This document shows, in pieces, positions 18,235-27,259 of a DNA stretch of 64,000 nt; positions within the stretch are counted from its first letter, which is position 1; every line of letters starts with the position of its first letter. This DNA comes from a virus. The stretch lies in the IMG/VR virus record IMGVR_UViG_3300042566_001051, positions 11,126 to 75,125 of that record; one strand, given 5' to 3'. The position numbers and the translations under genes were made by a program. Under the pieces are notes generated by a model, which did not search any database, was not told the origin of the DNA, and saw only the letters and a list, made by a program, of their open reading frames with translations.

Positions 18235-18578
18235 GGCATGTCCTTTCGGTGAATAGGTTGCTTCCCTGCACTGTATTGCACGGCATTTGGCTCAATCGGC
18301 GTGTTTTCCGGGCCTTCCTGGCAGGACTTGACGGCCGCCTCAAGCTCGGTTTCGTATCCCTGGCGCTGGCTTCGCTCGGCGCGCAAGGCTTTCATCTGCT
18401 CCCATATTCCTGAGCCGACAGGGAGCGAATCAACGGCAAGCGCAGGGCGATCAGGAATCGCCACCTTGCACGGAACTGGTACGGGCACAAGAACCTCTTG
18501 AACCTTTGGGGCCGTGGATACGCACCCAGACAGTGCCACGGCCATCACGATGGCTATTGCAAACATGCGCATAGTCAC
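18231..18578 (-). CDS. o-spanin lipoprotein
   Basis: Lipobox LSGC, Pro-rich VPVPVPC; follows i-spanin. Confidence 0.8.
   Translation of the reverse strand: MTMRMFAIAIVMAVALSGCVSTAPKVQEVLVPVPVPCKVAIPDRPALAVDSLPVGSGIWEQMKALRAERSQRQGYETELEAAVKSCQEGPENTPIEPNAVQYSAGKQPIHRKDMP
18270..18310 (-). promoter_or_regulatory. Candidate late promoter upstream of the tail tube gene
   Basis: CGGAAAAC-N27-TACAGT with internal GATTGAGC. Confidence 0.55.
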
Positions 18579-19006
18579 TTTCCTCTCTCTTCTCTAAGTT
18601 CGATGTCGAACGCCTCTCGTGCAGCAGTGCATTCGTCTGTTCCAGGCGGCAATTTGAGGCCCATGATGGCCGTTGCTTTGCTCTTGAATGCGGATGACTC
18701 GGCCTTTGCCTTGGCAATGGCGATGTCCGCCAGGCGCTGGCGCTCTGCCGAATCGGCGCGCAGCTTGTTGATGGCGTCGTTCTGGCGCTGCGTTGCGCCG
18801 ACCAGTGCGTTGTAGGCCGTCTCAAATTCAGTAGCGCGATCCTCGGCGGCCTTCGCCCGCATCTCTAGCTTCTCAATCTTTGGCTGGTAATAGGCTTGCG
18901 TGGCCTTGTGGCCTCCCCATGCGCCGGCTCCGGCGATAACGGCGACGGCCGCCAGCCATAACAGCCAGCGGTACGGGGCTGGGATAAGCGCGCTTGCGAT
19001 GCTCAT
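18575..19006 (-). CDS. i-spanin (Rz-like)
   Basis: N-terminal TM helix, coiled coil, C-terminal Cys; in lysis cassette. Confidence 0.8.
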   Translation of the reverse strand: MSIASALIPAPYRWLLWLAAVAVIAGAGAWGGHKATQAYYQPKIEKLEMRAKAAEDRATEFETAYNALVGATQRQNDAINKLRADSAERQRLADIAIAKAKAESSAFKSKATAIMGLKLPPGTDECTAAREAFDIELREERGK

Positions 19007-19383
19007 TTCACGGACTCCGGTAGGTCGGGAAGCGGTACGGTTTGGCCTGCCAGCTCGTGCGTGCAGTCGCTCAAGAACTGGATTTGGCCGTTGGTGACAA
19101 ATGAATGGCAGATGCCGCACGGCCAAGGCCACGGCCCCTCGTCCGGGTATCGTTCTTGGTAATCGCAGGCGCAATCACCGGGCTGCTGGCCTGGGTTGCA
19201 GTAATGCCCGGTTCGCACCAGCACGGACGGCGTGAAAGTCGGATTATCGGCGTTGCCGTTGTAAGTCCAGCCAGGCCCAGCGCCGTCGCCAATGCGAATC
19301 GTGTGAGTGTCCTTGCAGCCTGGGCAGTAGAACGCCACGCGGCCGCCTTCGACGGTGCGTAGCTTGCTGGAAATGGCGCCCAT
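19003..19383 (-). CDS. Cys/His-rich protein (DUF6527-like)
   Basis: FYCPGC...H...WTYNGN...PTFTPSVL...CHSFVTNGQIQFLSDCTHELAGQTV. Confidence 0.7.
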   Translation of the reverse strand: MGAISSKLRTVEGGRVAFYCPGCKDTHTIRIGDGAGPGWTYNGNADNPTFTPSVLVRTGHYCNPGQQPGDCACDYQERYPDEGPWPWPCGICHSFVTNGQIQFLSDCTHELAGQTVPLPDLPESVK

Positions 19384-19384
19384 G

Positions 19385-19876
19385 TCAGCCATCCCCAAGG
19401 CACTGCCGGCACTCTTCATGCCGGCGCTTTGCCAGCCCGCCGCAGAGGCGAGCATTCTCAGGCGCTGCGCAGTTCTTCCCTTGGAAATATGTCCAGCGCA
19501 GAATTTCTCCGCATGCCCCCTTGTAGTCGCCGGCGTTCAGTTTCTTGACGATCCCAGACCGGCAGAATGCAGCGGAGCCGACGTTGTAGGAGAAGCCGAC
19601 AAAGGCGTCGTACTCGTGTTGGTGAAGCGGGACGGTGACGCATTGCTTCAGCGCCCCCTCGAACTTCTGCACATCGGTCAGTGCGCGCGCCAGGGCCTTG
19701 GGCGGTGTAATCGTGTCGCCCATCTTGACGCCGCCGGTCGTGCCAAAGCCGATTGTCGGGACATCGCCCTTGACCGGGATGACGGCGCGTTCGGTGTAGC
19801 CCTCTTGCATGACGATCCCCACCAAGGCGGCAGCGGATAGGGTCAGCGCGGCAAGCGCATTGCGTGGCCGGTTCAT
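19385..19876 (-). CDS. Endolysin (GH24 lysozyme, probable SAR type)
   Basis: Hydrophobic N-terminus then EGY...GDVPTIGFGTT; YDAFVGFSYNVG; GLAKRRHEE. Confidence 0.9.
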   Translation of the reverse strand: MNRPRNALAALTLSAAALVGIVMQEGYTERAVIPVKGDVPTIGFGTTGGVKMGDTITPPKALARALTDVQKFEGALKQCVTVPLHQHEYDAFVGFSYNVGSAAFCRSGIVKKLNAGDYKGACGEILRWTYFQGKNCAAPENARLCGGLAKRRHEECRQCLGDG

Positions 19877-20082
19877 TGGTGCATCCTCGGCTGGGAGACG
19901 ACGCGGGCGACTGCGGCGCCGACGACGGCAACAAACGATAGGGAGGCGAAGAGATTTCGCGGCAGCACGTCGATAAACAACGGCAAGACAACTTCAGCCC
20001 CGGAGAGCATGGCGGCAATGATGGAAAGGCGAATGCTCCACGCCCGGCGGGCGATGCGCTTCCAGTCGGGCAAAAGTTCCAT
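19873..20082 (-). CDS. Putative holin
   Basis: LLPDWKRIARRAWSIRL plus two TM segments ending ARVVSQP; upstream of lysozyme. Confidence 0.7.
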   Translation of the reverse strand: MELLPDWKRIARRAWSIRLSIIAAMLSGAEVVLPLFIDVLPRNLFASLSFVAVVGAAVARVVSQPRMHQ

Positions 20083-20381
20083 CAGTGCCCCCCGTTGATT
20101 TTCGATACGATGCCTGCCCACACGGCGGCCGCCAGTGCGGCAGCAGCAACGCCGAAGAAGGCCAACATGCCGTGATCGGCTACCTTGCGAAGGCGCCGGC
20201 CAAATCGCAAGTCTTCCCGGAATTCCTCGACGCTCTCCGGTCGGTCAATATCCACACCAAGAATGGCGAACACCTTCTTGACGGCGGAGTCGGCAGCATC
20301 TTCCGATGCCTGCTCTGCATGGTGGCAAAGCTCCCGCTCTGCATCGCATGTCGCCATGCGCCTCATGGGCTTCTCGCTCAT
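20082..20381 (-). CDS. Membrane protein of the lysis cassette (holin/antiholin-like)
   Basis: C-terminal TM helix; translationally coupled to the putative holin. Confidence 0.55.
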   Translation of the reverse strand: MSEKPMRRMATCDAERELCHHAEQASEDAADSAVKKVFAILGVDIDRPESVEEFREDLRFGRRLRKVADHGMLAFFGVAAAALAAAVWAGIVSKINGGH

Positions 20382-20545
20382 CACCGAGACCTCGCTACCG
20401 TCTTGGCGACTATCCCGCATGCGCGAATCACGTCATTGAGACGATTCACGATGGCTGCCTGTGTTTTCAACTCGGACTCCCTTCCCCGCTTCCACTCTTC
20501 GAAGGGCTTTCCTTCGAAGAACTTCCTTGCCGTGCTGGCCTGCAT
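20381..20545 (-). CDS. Small hypothetical protein (start uncertain)
   Basis: MQASTARKFFEGKPFEEWKRGRESELKTQAAIVNRLNDVIRA; downstream of a late-promoter motif. Confidence 0.45.
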   Translation of the reverse strand: MQASTARKFFEGKPFEEWKRGRESELKTQAAIVNRLNDVIRACGIVAKTVARSR

Positions 20546-20574
20546 AGCCAGCGCGTCGGTTAATGATGTGTGGG

Positions 20575-20616
20575 AATATAGGGCGAGACTAGACGCCAGA
20601 TTCGTGAGGTTTTCCG
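20575..20616 (-). promoter_or_regulatory. Candidate late promoter upstream of the lysis cassette
   Basis: CGGAAAAC-N28-TATATT with internal AATCTGGC. Confidence 0.6.
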
Positions 20617-21359
20617 ACCAACTCGCGCGCCATTCCAGAGAGGCAGGTATGGGCCGGAAATCGGGCTGGCGGCAAATTGCTTGCAGCCCCTCCTTTCGGC
20701 ATAGCCACGATGCCATCCGATGTGAATTCGATCCTGAAAAGGTGGTGCAGCTTGTCGCGCCCGATCATGTACTTGGTCATGAGTGCGGCAAAGTCGCTCT
20801 CCGGGAAGGCCGACATCACGCGCATTCGGCCAACCAGGAACTCATCAAAAGCGCCTTCGCCGTCCGATGCGTCTGGAACACTCTCGCCGGAGCGCACCAT
20901 CTGGCACGCCATGCCGCCCAACAGCCAGTGCAGCCGGCCGGAAATTCCCTCAACCTCACCAGTCATGCGCTCGATTGATTCAGCCATCGCGCCGGTCAGG
21001 TGCCGGATGTGCCAGACATCGCCGCCGACCTCGCCAATCTCGACTGATGCAACCGCCGTTGGTATGTCGGATGCGCCGTCCAGGTAGTCGGAGTAGCGCC
21101 CATCACCCAGGGAGAAATCCGGGCCGTCCTCGGCTGTCGATGCCAGGTAGTGGCAGACGGCGAGCATGCGCTCCTGTACCGTCCAGTGCGCCGGGTCTTC
21201 GATGCCCTTGGATGTATCGACAGCGCGGCGCAGGAACGCCGTGCAGGACGCCTCTTCAAGATGCGCCGGCATGGCGGCAATGGCAATCGACTCGCCAATA
21301 GACAGTTCGCGCAGTTGTGCCGTCAGGCGCCTGGTGCGCAGAGGCGGGAAGTGGATCAT
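20589..21359 (-). CDS. Tail/baseplate assembly protein (P1 gp25-like)
   Basis: FPPLRTRR...WTVQERM; synteny with the gp7-like gene. Confidence 0.5.
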   Translation of the reverse strand: MIHFPPLRTRRLTAQLRELSIGESIAIAAMPAHLEEASCTAFLRRAVDTSKGIEDPAHWTVQERMLAVCHYLASTAEDGPDFSLGDGRYSDYLDGASDIPTAVASVEIGEVGGDVWHIRHLTGAMAESIERMTGEVEGISGRLHWLLGGMACQMVRSGESVPDASDGEGAFDEFLVGRMRVMSAFPESDFAALMTKYMIGRDKLHHLFRIEFTSDGIVAMPKGGAASNLPPARFPAHTCLSGMARELVGKPHESGV

Positions 21360-21373
21360 GGCTTGCTCTCCTG

Positions 21374-22165
21374 TTACAGGGATGCCGCTCTAGCCCAGTC
21401 GTTACGATCCAGGGCGGTGAGCGTGCAAAGGGTCATTGGAATTGCCAGTTCGACGTAGCGGCCGTTCTTATCGACCGGCGAAGTCATCGGCTGCCCGATG
21501 GACTCAATCACCAGTGGCGAATAGATGCGCCCCTTGTATTTCATGGCGATGCGGGTAGGCGACTTGGAAGGCATCAGAGCCTCGACATAGCCCATGTCGC
21601 CCTTTGCCGTCTCGGCGGCTCGCGCCAGAACTGAGCCGTCTTTCGATAGCTCGATGGGCAGAGCCCACTCCATGAGCTTGTTGAATGGCGCCTCAACCTC
21701 CTTCATGGAGTCACGCCAGGCCCGGAACAGCGCCGTGACTTGAATCTTCACCGGCGGCATGCCGTTGAACACCTGGGTGGAATTCAGCTTTGTGATGCCG
21801 GTGCGGCCCTCGAACTGCGCGAGGAAATCGTTCGATTTCTGCTGCGCCCCGCCTTGCTCCTTCTGCTTGCCCATGACCGAATCGACAATCGGCTGCAAAG
21901 CGCCTGATTGCAGCATCGCCATCAAGGCTGGCGCCTTCGACTCAGGCCCGGCCTGCTCGAATGGGCTCTGCCAGTTCAGTGCGATTTCCATGTTCGCCTC
22001 AGTGAGTGGGGCGAGCACGGTCTTGGGGTCAGTCTTGCCTGTCCGCCCCCAGGCGTCGTCTCCCGTCTTCGTCACTTCGTAGAAACTGGCGATCAGGTGC
22101 GGCGATAGCCCATCCCAGAGAGAGGAAAGGGTGTTTGCATCAAGGCTTGGCATGTTCGTCGTCAT
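21374..22165 (-). CDS. Tail protein (P1 gp7-like)
   Basis: LSPHL...NWQSPFE...NSTQVFNG.PP...EVEAP...L.EWALP. Confidence 0.55.
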   Translation of the reverse strand: MTTNMPSLDANTLSSLWDGLSPHLIASFYEVTKTGDDAWGRTGKTDPKTVLAPLTEANMEIALNWQSPFEQAGPESKAPALMAMLQSGALQPIVDSVMGKQKEQGGAQQKSNDFLAQFEGRTGITKLNSTQVFNGMPPVKIQVTALFRAWRDSMKEVEAPFNKLMEWALPIELSKDGSVLARAAETAKGDMGYVEALMPSKSPTRIAMKYKGRIYSPLVIESIGQPMTSPVDKNGRYVELAIPMTLCTLTALDRNDWARAASL

Positions 22166-22168
22166 GGC

Positions 22169-22200
22169 AAAAAAATGGCGCTACCGAGAAGCAGCGCCAT
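22169..22200 (-). terminator. Intrinsic terminator after the gp21-like gene
   Basis: ATGGCGCTGC-TTCTCG-GTAGCGCCAT followed by a T run on the minus strand. Confidence 0.7.
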
Positions 22201-22226
22201 TCCCCCGGTTAAGGTTGCAAGGGTGG

Positions 22227-22901
22227 TCAGATGCCCATCTTCCGGCGCATACGCATGGACTTCATGCGGCGCATCATCGCGCCCGCAGAATGGCTCTTCA
22301 TGCGCGCCTTGCGGATGGCGAGTTTCTGTTTTGCGGAGAGGCGCACCGTTCCGGAAATGCGCTTGCGGATGCGCATCTTCTTGCCGCCGCGAACCGCCAT
22401 CTTCATCTTGTAGACGGCATCCAAGGCGGGCTCCTGGTCGGACTCGCTGAAAACGAAGCTGTCGATTTCGGCGCTGGCCTCGTCATCGCCTTCCGGCAGC
22501 ACAGAGGCAACCAGATCACGCACGCGGTCAGCGGCTTCATCGTCCCAGTCGTTCAACAGTGCGCCGGCGTCCTCTTCGGTTGCGCCGCACTTGACCAGAT
22601 AGTCCCAGGCCGCATTGAGTGCAACTTCCAGCACGCCCTGTTCGTCCTCGGTGATGTCGCCGTCCTTGTTGGCATCGGCAATACCCACCACGAGGGCCAT
22701 CAGGCGGTCTGCGTAGCTCTCGCCATCGTCCAGATCGTCGGTTTCCGCCCATTGCTGGACGGCGGATACCGCAGACATGGAAATGTCGGCGATGGTGTAG
22801 TTGTCGGCCCCTGCGAGCGCCGGCTCTTCGCCGGTGGAATCCAGGGTCTTGGTAGCATCGCGGCGCTTCATCGCCCCGCGCAGCAGTTCGGTCATGCTCA
22901 T
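22227..22901 (-). CDS. P1 gp21-like protein (acidic body, very basic C-terminus)
   Basis: C-terminus AVRGGKKMRIRKR...LSAKQKLAIRKARMKSH...RRMKSMRMRRKMG; follows sheath. Confidence 0.65.
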   Translation of the reverse strand: MSMTELLRGAMKRRDATKTLDSTGEEPALAGADNYTIADISMSAVSAVQQWAETDDLDDGESYADRLMALVVGIADANKDGDITEDEQGVLEVALNAAWDYLVKCGATEEDAGALLNDWDDEAADRVRDLVASVLPEGDDEASAEIDSFVFSESDQEPALDAVYKMKMAVRGGKKMRIRKRISGTVRLSAKQKLAIRKARMKSHSAGAMMRRMKSMRMRRKMGI

Positions 22902-22928
22902 GTTTCTGTCCTTTCCTTGTGGGAGGGG

Positions 22929-24572
22929 TTAGCGAGTCAGCGTCTGGGTGACGAAAATCTGGCGGACGGTGCCGTCATAGCGAAGCCAGTACGAGCAATC
23001 CATCCGGTCGTAAGGCCGCACCTCATTTGGGCGAACGTCGAACTTCCACGCCTTGCCGTTCATTTCAGGCGCACTGGATGGAACCAGCCAGCCGGAAGAC
23101 TCGGCGCCCTCGAAGAGCTCGACCAGGAAGTCCTGCATGCGCTTCACGGCTACCTGCATCGGCAGTTGCAGCATGTCCTTGCCGGCACGAGTGACGGCAT
23201 CGTCGATGCTTGTGGACATGTCGGCCACGGAAATCAGCTTTTTCAGGCTGGATTCAACCAGGGCGCACGTCAGGGAGTCGCGGAAGACGTAGCGGCCGCC
23301 GCCGGTATAGACCTCGTACATCACCGGGTTGATCTTGGCGCGGGCCAGGGCGTTCAGTTCCTGGTCGCGTGGCGAATAAACCTGGGTCATGCGAGTGCGA
23401 CGGATAGGCCACTCGCGGCCGGCAATGACGTAGTTCTTCGGGGCAAAGCCCTTGGCATTGGTCTGAGCGTTGCGCAGGCAGGCGTAGGCGATGTTCAGCG
23501 TGGCCGTGCCAAGATGGCCCTTGGGGTTAATGCCCGTCGGGTCGTCCGACTTGATTGGAGACCAGAAGGCGTGCATCAGGTGGGCCGTCATGCTGGCGCC
23601 CATGTTCAACTGCTCCACGAAGGTGATAGCCGCCTCCGGGTTCAGGTTGCCAGGGATGTCGAAGCGCAATTGACGGTTGGTATCGAACGCCAGTTGTGCC
23701 AGTTGCGCCAGCAGGGCCGGCGCCTGGGTGCCGCCGGACGAAATGTAGGCATAGTTGAACGGGGTGTATTGCAGCTTCTCGCGCGCAGCCATGTAGTCCT
23801 GCGTGGTGTAGCCGGTGCCACCTTCAGTGAAGCACACCAGGACGGCGGACTTCGCCCACTTCTCTTGCCCATTCACGTCGTAGCCATAGGCCGGCGATGC
23901 GGGATCGACCGTTGCGCCGGCGCCGATGGTGCCGACTTTGATTTCGACCGCATCAGTCAGCGCCAAAGCAACGTCAGGCAGGTAGGCCGAGTTGCCGTAG
24001 TCGTCCTTGGCTTCCGGGTTCAGAGAGCCGTAGAACTCGTAAAGCAGGACGCCATCCTTGTCGCGGATGCGCAAGGTCAGCTTGTCGTTTGCGGCAGCTA
24101 CTCCGCCAACCTTGTTTTCATCTGCCCGGTATTCGAGCTTGATGCCATCGTTGTAGCACTCAAGGTGCTTCACGGCGAACAGGTACGGCGCGACGGGATC
24201 GGTTTCCGATGCTGAAAAGGTGACAGCCTTGGTTTCTGCATCAACCGTTGCAACAGCCCACTTGATGATGGCGGCGGAGGTGGTCAGGCGCTGGACAACG
24301 GCCTCATAGGCGCCGTTGTTCAGGGCCTCGACGACATGCACCCAAGCCTCGTTGAGGGCGGAGACGCGAATCTGCTCACCCTTGCCGAGTTTCTTGAACA
24401 CGTTGCCGCGATCAACCTTGAAAGGTTTGTCGATGCGGCCACGAGTGGCCCGCATCATGATGCCGAAGACCTGATCGGCGTTGTCGGCTACCGGAATCTC
24501 GGAGTTATCGCGCAGCGGATTAAGCTGCACGCCGGATTCGGCGCCAAGTTGTCTCACAAAAGCGGTACTCAT
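22929..24572 (-). CDS. Contractile tail sheath protein (P1 gp22-like)
   Basis: 547 aa; RGRIDKPF, ARAKINPV, DSLT, YDGTVRQI motifs; downstream of capsid. Confidence 0.8.
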   Translation of the reverse strand: MSTAFVRQLGAESGVQLNPLRDNSEIPVADNADQVFGIMMRATRGRIDKPFKVDRGNVFKKLGKGEQIRVSALNEAWVHVVEALNNGAYEAVVQRLTTSAAIIKWAVATVDAETKAVTFSASETDPVAPYLFAVKHLECYNDGIKLEYRADENKVGGVAAANDKLTLRIRDKDGVLLYEFYGSLNPEAKDDYGNSAYLPDVALALTDAVEIKVGTIGAGATVDPASPAYGYDVNGQEKWAKSAVLVCFTEGGTGYTTQDYMAAREKLQYTPFNYAYISSGGTQAPALLAQLAQLAFDTNRQLRFDIPGNLNPEAAITFVEQLNMGASMTAHLMHAFWSPIKSDDPTGINPKGHLGTATLNIAYACLRNAQTNAKGFAPKNYVIAGREWPIRRTRMTQVYSPRDQELNALARAKINPVMYEVYTGGGRYVFRDSLTCALVESSLKKLISVADMSTSIDDAVTRAGKDMLQLPMQVAVKRMQDFLVELFEGAESSGWLVPSSAPEMNGKAWKFDVRPNEVRPYDRMDCSYWLRYDGTVRQIFVTQTLTR

Positions 24573-24584
24573 GGCCTAGCCCCC

Positions 24585-24950
24585 TTACTGAGCTTGCGTT
24601 TCAGTGGTAGCAGCGCCGCCGGTCTTGCCCTTGGTGGGCGCGACAACCGCAACCTCTTCGATGGTCAGTGCCAGTTCGTAGCCATTCAGTTCGGCGATCT
24701 GCTCGATGCTGGATGCCAGGCGCTGGAACTGGTCTTCGCTTTCGATGGAGACCTCTTTTTGACGGCCAGCCTCGTCGGCGCAGTGGCGAAGGTGCAGCCC
24801 CTCCACCTCGGGGAACACGGCATTGCGCGGCATGTGGTTCGTCACCACAACCTTGAACGGGTACTTGACCTTGGCGAACTCCTTTGCCACCAGATCATTG
24901 GCGTCCTTCCCGGTGAGGGAAGGAGCGCCCAAATCGACTTTACGGGTCAT
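24585..24950 (-). CDS. Hypothetical virion protein
   Basis: 121-aa ORF between capsid and sheath with GGA-type RBS. Confidence 0.6.
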   Translation of the reverse strand: MTRKVDLGAPSLTGKDANDLVAKEFAKVKYPFKVVVTNHMPRNAVFPEVEGLHLRHCADEAGRQKEVSIESEDQFQRLASSIEQIAELNGYELALTIEEVAVVAPTKGKTGGAATTETQAQ

Positions 24951-24975
24951 GTTGGTTGCTCCTTATCCAGCCCGA

Positions 24976-26646
24976 TTACTTCAGGTTGGTGATGTTGATG
25001 AGTGCGCAGCCCAGCGAAGACGGGCCGTGCGGATTGACTGCCGTGAAGTTGCGGGCGTAGAAACCAGCGCCCTGCTTCAGGTCAGCCCCAACAGACAGCG
25101 GGATCACGGTCGGCGGAACGGCGTCGCCCAAAATGAACGGGTTGCGCGTCACGTCGGTAGCGCGGCCAACGCACAGAATTTGCGATGCGGTTTCGCTCTC
25201 GGTGATGCCCTTCGGGGTGTAATAGACCTCGAACCGGCCAAACAGGCGGCCGATGCGGAAGATGCCGGGACGCTCGGCGACGCCGGACGGCTCGAAAATC
25301 TCGCGCGGCAGCGACATGAACTGAGCGGCGACGTTCTTGCCGACGTACAGATGGGTGATACCGTGATTCATGGTATCCAGCGCCATCTGCTGCGATGCGG
25401 CAGCCAGGACATGGCCGAAATCAAGCCAGAGCATCGCGCGGTTCATCTGCGGCGAACGTGCGGCCCACTCGAAGTCGTAATCAACTTGGTTGTTGGCGGC
25501 CAGGCGGCGAGCCTTAGCCAGAACCTCGTAGTGACGCTCATTGGCGAACTGCGCCTGAATGGCAATCACGCTCTCGCTGTACGGGTCGAGGCCCAATTCA
25601 TTCGCCATCTGAGTACGGCTGTCGATGGTCTGGTGAGTGGTTACGCGCCAGGGCTTGGCGTGCAGCTTGTAGGTATTGACCGCCGTGATGATCGAGGGGG
25701 TCAGTTCCGGGGCGCGCTCGTAGTCGATGAAGCCTTCAACGACGACCGGGATAGTGACGGGCATAGCCGGCGCAGTGGTCAGGGCATAGACGCCGGTATC
25801 GGTGTTGATGGTGCCGCCGATAACGTAGTTGGTGCCGGCGATGGTGATATTGCCGGACACGGGCGAGTTGCCGGAACCGGTCGAATCAACTTCCTTGGCT
25901 GCCAGAACGCCATTCACATAAACCAGGGAGCGGCCACGCAACAGCTTGACGGCAGCAGCGCCGGCGTCGCAGGTTTCGTCGGTCGTCTGGATCGTGGTCA
26001 GCTTGCCGGTGACGGCGCCAGTATCGACAACCGGCATCGACTTGTTGATGCGGGACGAGGACACATAGGTATTGCCCGACAAGGAGCCGTCCATCAGCCC
26101 GCCCTCGGCATAGCGGCCGTAGGTATTGCCGGCGTTGTGGCTCATGATGGCAAGAACTGCCTCATTGGAACCGATGTCGGCAGGCAGGTAGTGGGCGAAC
26201 GGGATGGCATCGCCCATTGCGGAGAGAATTGCCACAATGGCGCGGTTCGGCTGCAATGCCAGGGCGTCGTGATGCGCGGAGCTTGCGGAGTCCAGGCTGA
26301 ACTTGCGGCGCGCGGAGTCCGTGGTGGCAAAGGCCAGGTGCAGGGCTTGCTCGATCACGTCGGCAGGGGCTGCAATGCCGTGCTGGGATTCGTAGGCGGA
26401 AACGCCATCGAGAATCGCGCGGGTGACGAGTGCTGCATCATCGCCCTTGGCTTCATCCAGAACGACTTGCAGGGTCTCGGGAACCTTGACGCCGGAATTC
26501 TGGTTGCTCGCGGTCGCAATGAAGTCTGCGGCAGCGGCGGAATCGAAGGTGCCAGCCTTGACGGCATTGTCCTTCAGGTTATCAACGAACTGGGCTACCT
26601 CGGCGGTTTCGCGCTTGAAGTAATCCTGGTGGATGCGCTTGGTCAT
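24976..26646 (-). CDS. Major capsid protein precursor (P1 gp23-like)
   Basis: 556 aa; LLRGRSLVYVNG, DYERAPELTP, IGRLFGRFEVY, PFILGDAVPPT. Confidence 0.85.
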   Translation of the reverse strand: MTKRIHQDYFKRETAEVAQFVDNLKDNAVKAGTFDSAAAADFIATASNQNSGVKVPETLQVVLDEAKGDDAALVTRAILDGVSAYESQHGIAAPADVIEQALHLAFATTDSARRKFSLDSASSAHHDALALQPNRAIVAILSAMGDAIPFAHYLPADIGSNEAVLAIMSHNAGNTYGRYAEGGLMDGSLSGNTYVSSSRINKSMPVVDTGAVTGKLTTIQTTDETCDAGAAAVKLLRGRSLVYVNGVLAAKEVDSTGSGNSPVSGNITIAGTNYVIGGTINTDTGVYALTTAPAMPVTIPVVVEGFIDYERAPELTPSIITAVNTYKLHAKPWRVTTHQTIDSRTQMANELGLDPYSESVIAIQAQFANERHYEVLAKARRLAANNQVDYDFEWAARSPQMNRAMLWLDFGHVLAAASQQMALDTMNHGITHLYVGKNVAAQFMSLPREIFEPSGVAERPGIFRIGRLFGRFEVYYTPKGITESETASQILCVGRATDVTRNPFILGDAVPPTVIPLSVGADLKQGAGFYARNFTAVNPHGPSSLGCALINITNLK

Positions 26647-26709
26647 AATCGTGAGTCCTTTCGGAAAGTTCAAACACAAGAAACGCCGGCTGGTAGCCGA
26701 CTTGTGTGT

Positions 26710-26750
26710 ATTCTGAAAGGCTGAAAACTGACCAAACGGGGCTTTTTCCG
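26710..26750 (-). promoter_or_regulatory. Candidate late promoter upstream of capsid
   Basis: CGGAAAAA-N27-CAGAAT. Confidence 0.5.
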
Positions 26751-26771
26751 GGTTTGCTGCCCCGCCTCCGA

Positions 26772-27257
26772 CTACGGCAAATCAAGGTCTCCGCGCCGGT
26801 TGCACACATACCGCGTCACGAATGGCGGGATATTGACGGTGGTCTCGGTGCCAACAACCTCATACGCCAGCCTCACGTCATCCGACAGAACGAGGTAGAT
26901 CACGTCTCGGTTGCGGATGTCGAAGAACCCAGGCATGCCGGACGGCTCTTCTGGCTCCACGAGAAAGCGGAATTCGGCGCCACTGCCGTTATTCGCATCC
27001 TGGCGATCCATCATCGGCGACGCCATGAACGCCTCTGCCTGCAATGCGTACCCGTTCCCAAGGTGGTCGTACTCGACAGACTCTTCATCCTCGGAGTCCA
27101 GAACGCCAAGCCCGCCCATCGTTGGCAAGCCGCCGACGGGCTCGCCTCCGGTGCGCGTGACGCGCTTCCCGAATACCTGGCACTCCCATGTATTCGGGTG
27201 GTTGATTACGACGTTGCGCGCCATGCGATTCACGGCGCTTGGTACATTAGTGAGCAT
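26772..27257 (-). CDS. Hypothetical virion (possible head-tail) protein
   Basis: 161-aa ORF in the structural operon. Confidence 0.55.
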   Translation of the reverse strand: MLTNVPSAVNRMARNVVINHPNTWECQVFGKRVTRTGGEPVGGLPTMGGLGVLDSEDEESVEYDHLGNGYALQAEAFMASPMMDRQDANNGSGAEFRFLVEPEEPSGMPGFFDIRNRDVIYLVLSDDVRLAYEVVGTETTVNIPPFVTRYVCNRRGDLDLP

Positions 27258-27259
27258 GC

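Noticed and set aside
20381-20716. Programmed frameshift joining the gp25-like gene to the downstream ORF
   Set aside because: No canonical slippery heptamer; a late-promoter motif and an internal ATG explain the small ORF. Not fully excluded
22131-26724. Long plus-strand ORFs (694 aa and 633 aa)
   Set aside because: Antisense shadows of sheath and capsid genes in GC-rich DNA
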